Below are positions 13,001 to 25,439 of a stretch of DNA of 64,000 bases, piece after piece; within the stretch, counting starts at the first letter, position 1, and each line of letters opens with the position of its first letter. The notes beneath the pieces were generated by a model. The model searched no databases and was not told the DNA's origin. It was given only the letters and a program-made list of their open reading frames with translations. Origin of the DNA: Geosiphon pyriformis uo1. Its lineage: Eukaryota > Fungi > Glomeromycota. The stretch covers positions 310,001-374,000 of the forward strand of contig JAAOMT010000070.1 in the NCBI GenBank assembly GCA_016748015.1, read 5' to 3'. The position numbers and the translations under genes were made by a program.

Positions 13001-15553
13001 TGATATTAAGTTTGTAGTAAAATCTGACAAAATTGAAAATAATAATGAGATGTCTTTTTTTTTTGTAGTTGATGTATTTGTTGATAACACAATTTAGGTT
13101 GAGAATTGCCAAGTTTCTACTCAGTATGCTTTGAATATTATTAATGAGTTTTTTATGATCAACAATAAAAAAACAGTGGTTATTCTAATTAATTAAGATA
13201 TTAAGATTGCTTTATTGAGTATCAATGATCAGCCAATTTCTATTGCCAAGAAAAGTAAAACACATAGATATTTGGGTATTTTTTTGTTGACTGAAAGATT
13301 GTTCAAGCTGAATATGATTAAGACTTATTTTGATGTTCATTTTTTTATTAATGTGGTATTCAAGAAAACTATTATAGATAAACAGTTCTCTTATTTAATA
13401 TAAACTGTTTTACAGCCCATAATCAGTTATAAAATGCAGTTTAGTTTTATTTTATCAAGTGTGTATTGCAAATAAGACATTATAATTAGGAAAAATCTTA
13501 AGTTTAAAGCCTGTTTGTCTCGGAATTTTTCTAGTGAAGTTTTATATTATCCTTTTTTGTATGTTTTGAATTATTTGAGCAAGTTCAGTCAAAAAAAAAT
13601 TGGCTGCTTTGGTCATCTTTTTTAATATTCTAGGCATTCTTGAATATTTGTTTAATTACAAGTTTTTAAATTTGCAGATTTTGAGTTGGGCTTCTTTAAA
13701 CTTTTTGCAATATCTTATTAAGTTGTATATTAGTTTAGTAAACAATTTTTTGGCTGGAATAGTGAAAATTTTTATAGACAATGAGCTTTTTTTGGTAAAT
13801 AATTTGCCCAATACTTTTCATAGTCTTGGTTGCTTTCCAATATCATTAATTTTGGAGGAGGCTTTGTTTTTTAGTTTTGTTCATTCTTTAAAGTATTTTA
13901 AAGTTGCTTTTGGTAATAAACTTTTTGATAAGAAAGGCAATATAATAGAATAAAAGATCTTCCATTAATAAAAAAGGCTAAATCTTAAAGGTCTTGTGTC
14001 TTATTGATTTGAGCTTATATCAAAATATTTGCATGATAAGGGCTTTTTGTCATGTAATTTACCATGTTTGTGTGGTTTTTTGGTTTGAATATTTTGAAAT
14101 CTGAAAAGTTTTTTAATGTACAGAATAGTTTACATAAGATTTGGTCTGGCTTTTTTAAAATCTACATAAATGATTTATTGAAAAATACTGGCTTCATTGG
14201 TATTGCTAATAAGACAGCTGCATATTTTTTTGCTTTAAATATAAGTATTGGTGTTGGAGTTTATGGTTTTTTATTTTCTACTATGGCTAAGTTGTAAGCT
14301 GTTGCATTGTTTTTGAAATGTGTTACATTTTTATGTAAAGTGGTTTTGTATCTTAACAGCCAAACTGCTATTAATGCATATGTTTTTGAGATATTATTTG
14401 TTGTATTAGATTTTTATAATTAATGCTAATTGGAAAAAAAACATATTGCTAATTTGATTAGAGATAAAAATCTTACTATAAGTTGGGTTAAGATTAAAAG
14501 TTATTCTGAAATTTATGGTAATATGAAAGCTGATGCTGCAGCTGATAAGACTACTTACACTCTTTTTTTTGCCAACAAAAGTGCAGGAATGTTTTTTGGT
14601 GGCTAAAAACACTTTTATATTTGGCAATATCCACTATTTTATTAGGGATTTATTTAAGTCTGTTTGTTATACTTGTTGGAAAACTGGCTCTGGCCATGAT
14701 ATAGTTCTGAATGTGCTGATTAAGAATATAGATTGAGATATTATTGTGAAGATTTGGGATTTTGACTTGCATATACTTACTAGTTTTATTAGTTAGAAGT
14801 TTTCCAATTTTTGTATGTACTTAATAAAAGCTGTATACAGATAATTGTTAATAATAATTAAAAAGAGGTTGTATAATAAGACCAGTATGCTATATTTGTT
14901 GTATGATGAGATAGAGTTATTAAATCATATCTTTACTTGTGTTCAGACTGTTAATATTTAAAAAAAAATTTTGACTAAAGCTTCTATATAATAGGTTGTT
15001 TTGATGAGTGTTTATGGTACATTTTCTTCTATTGTTTTGAATACACTCTCTTATTGTTTTTTGAATATTAACATGTATACAATTGTGTACAAAGAGTTTG
15101 TGCTAAAGAATTAGTATACAAAAACTTTTGAGATTTTTAATAAAAAGAAAGAAATTATTTTTGTTGTTAATTTTGTAAGGGTTTTGATGAAGTTATATTA
15201 TTCTATGGCCTGATTGATAAAATTTAAGTATAGGATTAAGATGAAAAAAACTGGTTTGATTAAAAATAGTGATTTAATATTGAACTTGTCATGTTGTTTA
15301 GTGTCTAAACTGTTAGATAATATGATTAGAATGCTTGATATTTTTGAGTTTTTTATTGTTAGTTTTGGCCATTATAGACTGTGTCTCTTTTTTTTTGGTT
15401 TAGATTGTAATATACAGATTAATATAAGTATGTAATATTGTTTTGTTTGATTTGAGTGACTAGTTAATAAGTATGTAAGTTATATTTAATTTGGTTCTAT
15501 ATACTAGATAGTAGTTGAACTTCATTTAATAAACTTTTTAATAAATAAAAAAA
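10046..15553 (+). mobile_element. LINE (non-LTR retrotransposon) 1, 3' portion: ORF1 C-terminal half, ORF2 and 3' UTR
   Basis: Degenerate ORF1 zinc knuckle near 10150-10200, then ORF2 with APE, RT, RNase H and a C-terminal Cys/His motif. 3' UTR shared with LINE2 (aatttggtt.tatatactagatagt.ttgaa.ttcatttaataaa) and an A-rich end. Confidence 0.9.
10774..15435 (+). pseudogene. LINE1 ORF2 (APE endonuclease-RT-RNase H-CCHC), heavily mutated
   Basis: APE motifs LGGDFNE, TWSN, IDYIF and TDY(H). RT motif VFVDNT at ~13075. RNase H remnants STMAKL(AEL), NSQTAI(DSQ) and WVKIKSY(VKGH). C-terminal LLNHIFTC. Confidence 0.88.
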
Positions 15554-16354
15554 TCCATTAAATTTTATTTTTTTAAATTTAATTTATATTTAATATGTAA
15601 TAATTATATAAAATTTTTATAAATAATAACCAAATTTAAAATAAAATTAATAAGCTTAATATATACAGACTTTATATTTTTTAAATACAAAATCTTTATA
15701 AAGAATTATATAAAATCAATTATTTTAATATATTTATACAAAATTTATAGTACTAAAAAAAATTAAAATATTTAAATAAAATTGGTTTTCAAGTAATTAT
15801 AATTTTATACAAAAAAATATGTAATTAGATAATTTAAATTTTTTATAATAAACATAATTAATACTTAAATATAAAGAATTATAAAGTTTTTTTTAATAAC
15901 AATTGGTAATTTTTTATATAAAACTTTTATAATATATGAATATAAACTTGCAAAAATTCTGTTAATATGTCTAATTAATATATAAAAATCCGAATATCAA
16001 ATTAAAAATGTCAATTTCTAATTGATTTTTTCTATAATAAAAGCATTAACAAATTTAATACTTTGACCAATTTTTTAATAAATATAATTAACAACATTAT
16101 ATATAAAATAAATAGATTGTTTAAAGCAGTTAGACTATTTAAAATAACCAAAAATCTATTCACAGTTTTATTGATTATAATATTAATTATCTTAAAAATA
16201 TTTAATCTTAAACAAAAAAAATTTTTCTTATTAAAAAGCCAATTTAATGTCTTTTTACCCAATAATTATAACAAAAATTGGGTTTAAAATTGTTTAACTC
16301 AAAATTATACATATTAATAGTAATTTAACTATTTGTATAAATATTTTTTGCGAT

Positions 16355-18365
16355 ATGTCAACTTCCTCAAACCAAAGTAGTGAAAATGAAGCGCAAGTTA
16401 TTGAGCCTGCGAAAGAAGAAAAACAAGTTACCTTTGCCTCCTTGGTAAGTCTGGGTCAGTAGCTCGTAAACCAGGATTTTGCATAAGTCTTTGGTTTTAA
16501 CTCGTATATTTCCATTAATAAACAGGGAATCATTGACTCTCTATGTCAAGCATGTGTAAAATTAAATTACAAAAATCCCACGGAAATTCAAGTAGAAGCG
16601 ATACCATGGGCTTTACAAGGTGATTAGAATTTAGATAAACCCCCAGTCTGATTTGTTTTGATGTATGATTTGGGATCTTTTGATAGATAAGTTGCTTCCC
16701 GAATATATATTTACTCATGAAAAAAATTCGAGCGTTCATGATTGCTAACTTTTGATTATAAATCACAAATTTTTTGCTCTAAAGGACGTGATGTAATAGG
16801 TCTTGCGCAAACCGGCTCCGGTAAAACCGCCGCATTCGCATTACCGATCCTCCAATCATTATGGGAAGCTCCTCAAGGACTTTTTGCTTGCGTATTGGCA
16901 CCTACCAGGTAAAAATTAAGCATATTGTATATCTGAAGACGGTTAACATCTTCAAAATGAATTAATTTCCTTTATTTCTCTAACAAATAAGGGAATTAGC
17001 CTATCAGATCTCGGAAACATTTGAAGCTTTAGGCTCGATTATCGGCGTCCGATGTGTAGTGATAGTAGGAGGCATGGACATGATGTCACAATCAATAGCA
17101 CTTTCCAAAAAACCTCACATCATAATTGCTACGCCTGGACGATTGCAAGATCATCTTGAGAATACAAAGGGGTTTAGCTTAAGAAGTCTCAAATATTTGG
17201 TGTGTATTATACCTCACTATCTGGATTTTTTTGTATTTGAATTTTACAAGTGACTTATATAACACTCAACTCACTCAAATTAAACCGGCATCGTATATTT
17301 GCAAGGTCATGGATGAGGCTGACAAATTACTAGACATGGATTTTGGACCGATGATCGACAAAATATTAAAGGTTATACCTAAAGAGCGACACACGTATTT
17401 ATTCTCCGCTACGATGACTACCAAGGTAGCGAAATTGCAACGTGCATCCTTAATTAATCCTGTTAAAGTTGAAGTTTCATCAAAGTATGTCTTTTTATTT
17501 TGTTTTAGCCTTGCAAATGAAATCATTTTGGGTTTCCGTCTCACCTTCCTTCTGAAATAGATATTCAACAGTGTCTACCTTACTTCAATACTATTTATTT
17601 TTCCCACTCAAACACAAAGATTGCTACCTAGTCTTTTTGTGCAACGAGCTTGCTGGGAATTCCATAATCATATTTACGCGGACTTGTAATGACACACAAC
17701 GTATTGCAATAATTCTTCGGAACCTTGGATTTCCGGCCATTCCTCTACATGGACAATTACCTCAATCTAAAAGATTAGGTTCTTTGAACAAATTCAAGGC
17801 CGGTAGTAGAAATGTATTAGTGGCCACTGATGTCGCAAGCAGGTAAAAGTTTTGAGTTCAAAAACGGGTCTCCCTTCTGAGAATTTTTGTTTTAAGTCAA
17901 ATTTTTTGCGATATTAGAGGTCTAGATATTCCACTGGTTGATGTGGTGATAAATTTTGACATTCCAGCCAATAGCAAAGATTATATTCATCGGGTGGGTA
18001 GAACAGCCCGTGCTGGTCGCTCTGGCAAATCTATTACATTGGTTACACAATACGACGTGGAGTTGTTTCAACGTATCGAGCAGGTTATTGGCAAACAAAT
18101 GGATCCGTTCCCAATCGAGAGTAAAGATGACGTATTGCTTTTGCAAGAGCGTGTATCAGAGGGACAAAGAATTGCTATCCTGGAAATGAAGGAGGAATAT
18201 CAACGTAATAAGAAAGGTTTTGGGAACAAATGGGGAGGAAATAAACGCTTAAAAGCTGAAGGAGAAGATTATGAGGATGACCCAAGAAACAAAGATAATA
18301 GTAGCAAGGGATACAGTGCTAAGAAAGGAAATAAGTTGGGAAACAAAAAATTCAAAACAAGATAA
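16355..18365 (+). CDS. RRP3: ATP-dependent rRNA helicase RRP3 / DDX47 (DEAD-box), 474 aa, 7 exons: 16355-16444, 16526-16619, 16785-16908, 16992-17199, 17306-17484, 17561-17842, 17918-18365
   Basis: All six introns are GT-AG and the exons sum to 1425 nt, in frame. Motifs: Q motif (PTEIQ), [44 protein letters not shown]3-typical strings [29 protein letters not shown] and [18 protein letters not shown]. Confidence 0.93.
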
Positions 18366-20948
18366 ATATATAAAAAAATTTTTATTTTCATGATTTAATG
18401 GAACTTTGATATTTGGTGATACATTACGTGATGTTTCAGCCCACAAAGAAAGATAATAAATCCACATCAGAGAATATTTATTGGGCATTCTGCAACAAAA
18501 TCTGACAAAGTAAAAATTGTGATATTAAAAGATTACAAAAGCCAAAATTTTAATATTAGTTTAGATTGTTAAATGTTACATGTAATATCATTTACATAGA
18601 ATAATTTGAAATAAATAATACATTTATATTCTTTATTTATGTAATTAAAAAAATATGATTTTTAACTTTAGAAAAAAAAACAAAAAAATCTTTTATAGAT
18701 TATTACAATATAATTTTTTAAACAATAAAAATATAAATCATTTTCAAAATAAAAAATTTAATATATAAAAATGCGAAATAATTTTAAGTTTTATTAATTA
18801 TAAAAACATTTTACTTAAAAAAAAAATGCTTATTAATAAAAAAATTTATTTTATAATTAAATTATTTAAATATATAAACTTAAAATTTATATTAATTTTT
18901 TAAAGAATTAATATTATTTTTGATTTTTAATATTTTAATTAAAACTAAATTGGTTTTGTTTTTTTTTAAATATAATAAATTTTAATATTTAAATAAAAAT
19001 TTCTTTTTTTCCTACATCTAAAATTTACAAAAAGAGTATATTTGTTGAAAAAAAGTTTAATTATTCAGTATAATAAATCCAAACTGTTTCTACTTAATTA
19101 CAAAGTTACTATTGGTTCTAATATTACTGTTATAAAGAAGTCTATTAAAGATTCTGGTTTTAGTGCTAATATTAAACTTATTATATTAAAAAAAAGATAA
19201 TGTTTTGAAAGATGGTATTAGTAACAAAAAAGTTTTTGCTAAAAAATTGAGTAGTTGCTTTTAGGACTTGAAAATTAATAACTTTATTAAATTTGATAGT
19301 ATTAACATGAAAGTGAAATATCTGGTTAAGGAAACCAGTATTAACTATAATAAAAGTGGCACTTTTGCTGAGATAAATTCTGATCAAACACCAAAAGATT
19401 CACAAGTAAAAACTAAGAAAGCATTAGAAAAGCCATTAGAAAAAATCAATTTATTAAGTAATAATAATAATAATGTTTTTTTGAATATTTTTCTGGTACT
19501 TTTCTCTTCTTAAGAATCTGGTTAATGTTTTTGTTAAAAAGTTTTTTACTTTAGATATTAGATTGAACAAAGTTGCTGGAAAAACATCTTAAAAAAAATA
19601 TGTAGTAGTTAGAAAACTGTTTTCAGAAATTAATGGTTTTAGAAAGATATCTACTTCCTCAAAATTTGCTGAGATCATTAGAGTGACATTTACTTTTGAA
19701 TTAAGTTTAGAACAGACTACTAATAAGGCTAAAAGTGCAAAAATTTTGGTAAATTCCAATCTTAAAAAATCTATTGAGTATTTAAATTGACTGTGATATT
19801 AAAAGAGATTCTAATTAGTACATCAACTAAGACTGTACATATTGTACTATCTAAGTTTAAAATAATTAAGTCAATCAAGATACAGTTAATAAGAATGTGG
19901 CAGAAGACTGTAATAAAATTTGAGCAATTAGATTATACTGATTTGGTTATAGTAGAATGGTCTATCTTAATTGAGAAAAATGCTATATAAGTTGTTAAGA
20001 CCAATATAGACAAAAAAATATGAAATGCTAAAGATTATAATAGGACACTGTTTTATATTCTGCTTTTGGAAACAAATACTTATAACATCTGGAATTTTAT
20101 TAAGTCAATAGGTAAAAAAACTTGTTCAATAGACTGTTATTTGGTTATGTATGCCTAAACTAGATATGCTATTGTTTGTTCTGATTTTTTCGAATCAATA
20201 TATGCTGTTATGAAAACTACACTAGTTTTGAAGAGTACTAATCTGTATTGGTCTTATATTGATTTAGCCAAATATGATTGTTTAAGTTATAAATCTTTAA
20301 GTTATATTACTAGTAAAAAAGCTTTTTTTGGCAATTTGTTTTATAAAGTCTTTTCAGATATTAATAAAAACAAACTGGCTGTCATTTATGCCAGACATTC
20401 AGCTTTTGTTATTTATTCTATTGCTTTTGGTGATGTTTTTTGGGCTTTGGTTGTTGGTGAATCTTTTTTTTCTCCTCTTTTTATATAGAATAATTCAGCT
20501 AATTTTGGCTTTTTTTTAGAGATAAAGTTTTTTTTGCTAGTATTGAATAAATTAAATAATAGGTTTGTTGTTCTTAAATGCAATCTTATTAGTCTTATAA
20601 AACAAGTAAATAAACTGGTTAAAAGGTTGAACACATTCAGACCAATAATTTTTCAGCTTAGTTTTGAATATTAACTGTTAATAACTTTTTTATCACAGAA
20701 TTAAGAGGTAAATATAGTAATAAATAAAGATTCAAATGTGACTACTAGTAGTAAAACTGTTATAAAAACACTATTTTTGGATTAATCAGTAATTTTCAAG
20801 TTGAAAAACAATTTAATGAGTCTTTCAGATACAGTTATGTATCTTTTAACCAAAGTAGATAATGTTGTTTTAAATTCAGATTCTTATTTATCTTAATAAC
20901 CAGTCTTGTTTAACAGCTTGCTATATGTAATATTAGGAGTATTAATGT

Positions 20949-21960
20949 TATTACCAGTAGAATTTTAGCTATTAATTAGCATGAAATTACCCTTATAATT
21001 CCTATAATTAATTAGTATATTAATATCATTTCAAATTATCATTTATTATTTAATCAATTATCACATATCACGATTCAATTAAATAATCCAATTAGTATAA
21101 CAAAAAGTAGGATGATCAAATTACACAATATTCTGAACTTTGTAACATTCAAAAATTCGCCGAAATTTACAGAAATTCGCCGAAATTTATAAGAAATTCG
21201 CCGAAATTTATAGAAATTCGCCGAAATTATGAATAGTTCACCCAAATTAATCAATAGTTCAGCGAAATAACTTGTAGTCCATCAAAATGTATCTTTAGTT
21301 TGCCGAAATTTGAGCAAAGAGAAAAAGTGCAAGTTCATAGACTAGTACTACAACAAGTTGTATAAAAGAAGAGCTTTTCTCTTCAAGAAAATATATCTTA
21401 CTTTAGATTTATCACTTAGAACTATTTCTACACACACAAAAAGAAATAAATATCAAATAATTTGAAAACCCAAATTCTTTAATTATTGTACTTGGAAAAT
21501 CCCCAAAACCCAATTAACGTTTTGAAATTGATTAGCTATCAATTTCAGTAAACTGTTAGTGATTTTAGGCCTGGATAGAAAATATTTTCTTTGACAGAAT
21601 TCAATTTCTTTTACATTTTTTTTACATTTTTTTTATTTTCTTATTATAATCATTAGGGTAGCCTACAGACAAGATTCCTGTAGAAGAGTTGACTTTTACA
21701 GCAAAGTAACTACACATTTTTAGTGAGCTTCCAGACAAGCAATTTCTAGGAAAGAGTTGACGTTTACTATAACGTAACTACATTAAGTAACTAGCAAAAA
21801 ATTGGCTATTCCACTTATAAGCCCAGCAAGTTCAAATTATAAAAGATAATTTGAAGATAAATTCAGTTATTGGAGGTTCAATTACTTCTAGAAAACGTGA
21901 ATTTGCAACCAACAGACATTTACAACATTCAAAAAAAGAGACCAAAAACCTCTGGTAACA
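20949..21960 (+). repeat. Solo LTR of family B inside LINE2 ORF2
   Basis: Matches the B LTRs (39822-40815, 48756-49727). Starts TATTACCAG (mutated TG), ends GGTAACA, with a perfect 4-bp TSD ATGT. Confidence 0.95.
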
Positions 21961-24641
21961 ATGTTCTTGTTAAGCAAAAGAATATTGTTTATTGGTATAT
22001 TAATTTGGGTAATATAGTTTTATTTATTATAGAAACAAAGCTAAAGCTAGTATTAAGCCATAGATTGCAAATAAGTTTGATAGAGTGCAAATCTTCACAT
22101 TTGGATTAGACAAGAGTTTTTTCAATGCTAAAATGATCATTTTTATAAACAATTCTTTGGCTTGACATGTTTTTAAGATTGAAAAAATTCTTGATTACAT
22201 TATTTTAATGTGGTTTCTTTCAAAAACAAGCTCTCAATTATGGTTTTAGATTTGTATGCTGGTGTTTCTGCTGAAGCTAAGTTTGATCAAACTTTGAATG
22301 TCAATTTTTTTATTGTTAAGACTATTAACTCCAGTACTTTTGTGATCTTGGGTGAGAATTTTAATAAAAATAGTTTTGAGAAGAGTACAAGTTTTAAGTT
22401 CTGTTTGGATTTGGGTTTGGTTAACTTATTTAGTGGATATCTATTAGTTAAGATTTCTACTTGGAGCAACTTAAGAGGTATCAAAAAGATTTTAAATTAT
22501 ATTTTTGTAAGTAAAAGTTTATTATTAGTAGTTGTTGATTATAGAGTTAACTCTGTGTTCATCTTTTTCAACACTAACTACAAGACTGTCTTGGTGTTAA
22601 TTGGTTTGGATGGTCTCTTGGATGTTTATTTAAATAGCATGTATAAGCAAGCTAATATAGATTGTTAAAAGTTTAAAATCAAGAATACAGATGATGCTAA
22701 GTAAACACAATTTAAAAAATATTTTTTTGCCAAGTTTTTGGTGGTAAAAGATAAGTTTTTAAAGACAAAAGCTTGTGATAATTTGGATGCTATGTGGGAT
22801 TTGCTAAAAAAAATATTAGTAAAATTAACTAATAAAATATTCTTTAGATATTAGTTTAGTGAGTTTTAGTGTTCAAAAAACTGGTGGTTTTTAAAATTTT
22901 TTGGATAAAAATTATTAATTGCTAAGATTGTTAAAAAATTGAGCTCAAGTAACATATTTAAATTTGTTTATTTTGCTAAGAAATGGTTAATTTTGAATAA
23001 TAGTAAGACTTTTAAGGTCATAAATATAGTTTAAACTGATAAAAGTTAATGAATGTTTTTAAACATTTGTCAATAATTCAAAAAAAGTACAAAAAGTTCA
23101 AGCTTTATAAATCAAAATTAGTTAAAGAGACATTTATCAGAAAAATAATCAAAAAATACATAAAAAATTTTTTGTTTTAATAAAGAAAATATAATAAAAA
23201 GTATTTTGAATTAGCCTTTTTGCAAAGTAGTTTTGGATTACTTAATAATAGAAAGTGAGTTGATTTTGAAATCAAAGAAAATAAAGCTTAGTATTAATAA
23301 AATTATAAAGAATTAAACAAAAAAATAAGCTGTATCTCAGATAATATCTGATCTATGAGCTTGCTAATATACACTATTATATTATGTAAATAATAATACT
23401 TTTTTTGATATAATAAAAGTAATTAGTATAAAAAAATTGCTTTTCGTAATTAATGGTCTGCTTAATAACAAAGCTGCTAATTTATCTAGTATTTTTAATG
23501 AACTTTAAAAACATGATGGTAATAATATGGTAATAATATGATAAGATGTCTTTTGGATTTGTTAAATATATGTTTGTTTTTTGGTAGTATTCTAGTTTTA
23601 TGGAAAAGAGCTTGGGTTTTAATAATTCCTAAATCTTATGATTGAAATGAGGTTTTAATAAACACCCAACTTATTGTCTTAATTAAAACAGCCAAAAAAG
23701 TTTTTTTAAAATTCTATTTGATCAGATTTTGTTTGCATATTACAAGTTTAGTGTTTTTTATAGTGATAATTTTTCTGTTTTAAAGGGCATATCTACTTAG
23801 TTTTCTGTATTTGCTGTTGAATTAGTGGTTGAAAATACTTTAGAAAAAAATAAAAAACTTTGATTAATCCTACAGAATATATACAAAGCATACAATTTGG
23901 TTAATTGATACTACTTAATATCTAACTTACAGCAAATTAAAATATATAACAGATTTATAAGATTTTTTAACAGCATATATGATGATAGAGTTAATAGAAT
24001 AATAACTAATTTTGGTTTCTCAAATGGCTATAAAGTACATGATAAATTGGATCAGAATGAAATTTTTTTATCTCTTTCTTAAAAAATGTTTTATAATCTA
24101 TTTTTGTATAAAATTAAAAGACATAAACATTTGTACAGATACCAAATTGATACTAAGTTTGTAGTCAAAACAGACAGAATAAAAAATAATAGTAGATTGT
24201 TGTTTTTTTTTGCTACTGGTATATTTGTGAATAATACAATTTGGATTGAAAATTATTAAGCTTTTATGCAGTATGCTTTAGATATTGCTAATAATTTTTT
24301 TTGATTAATAATATTTCTATTAATAATAAGAAGACTGTAGTTATTTCTATTAATTAGAGTGTTAAGATTGCCTTTTTAAATATTAGTAGTCTACTAATTT
24401 CAATAGTCAAGAAGAGTAAAACTCACAGATATCTGGAAATTTTTTTGTCAACTGAGAGATTGTCCAAGCCAAGTCTGATGAAGACTTATTCTAATGTTCA
24501 ATTCTTTGTTAATGTGGTTCTCAAAAAAGCTATTATAAATAAGTAGTTCTCATATTTAGTGTTAGCCATTTTGCAATCTATAGTTAGTTATAGAACTCAA
24601 TTTAGTTTTGACTTATCAAATGTGTATTGTAAGTAGAATAT

Positions 24642-25439
24642 TGTTATAGTTTAAGAATTTAATAGAAATTATAAATAATATTAATTAGCCAATCATGAAA
24701 TAGCACAGCAACAATTTATAAAAAGAAATGATTTACAAATAATAGCAAGCACTATTTTACAATAGCAGCAAGCACTATTTCACAATAGCAGCAAACACTA
24801 TTTAGAAATAACAGAAATAGAGTATTACAAGACGTTATTTTGTAAAACAATAATTATATATATATACAATAGTTTTTAATAATGAAGAATAGAACAAGCT
24901 TCAACTAGAAGCAACAAATATCTAAATAAAATCTTATTCAAAAAGAATTAATAAAAAATAATAATAAATTGAATGAACATTACAATTACAAAATTAACAA
25001 TAGAATTTACATATCCTTTCTAGTGAATGAAACTATCATTCTATCTTTGAACCCTTTGGAAGAATAATTTCTAATCAAGATTATTCATGTGGTTACTAAT
25101 TAAATTGAAAAAGCTTTATTATATACTTAAGAAAATTGTGAAAAGACCATTAACATTCTGTGTTTTTAGATTAGAGAAACACATCAGGCAATTGCAAGAA
25201 TAGTCTCAGAGAAGACCCCAGACAGCAGGTAGATTTCAGATTAGCCTCTGGGAAAAAGTACACAACATACAAAGACAATTAGAATTAAAGAGAAGACTTA
25301 TATCACAACATCAAAAGAAAACCTTTAGTACATTATCATTAATATTCAACACATAAAATAGAAAAACTCACGAAAGACTAATTGCAATTAAAATGGGAAA
25401 TCAACAATTAAAATATACCAAGAAAACATTCCTATAATA
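24642..25439 (+). repeat. Solo LTR of another family (E) inside LINE2 ORF2
   Basis: Termini TGTTATAG...CTATAATA (mutated CA) and TSD ATAT/ATGT; removing it restores the LINE frame. Internal AGCCAATC, three tandem 20-23 nt repeats (24741-24803) and a TATA-like run. Orientation inferred from CCAAT-TATA order. Confidence 0.8.

Noticed and set aside
16032-16287. ORFs in the AT-rich region upstream of RRP3
   Set aside because: Ile/Asn/Lys/Phe-rich low-complexity translations of nearly GC-free DNA, with no motifs.
21150-21230. Short palindromic direct repeats resembling a CRISPR array
   Set aside because: The units are contiguous with no unique spacers, lie inside an LTR, and there are no cas genes; the context is eukaryotic.
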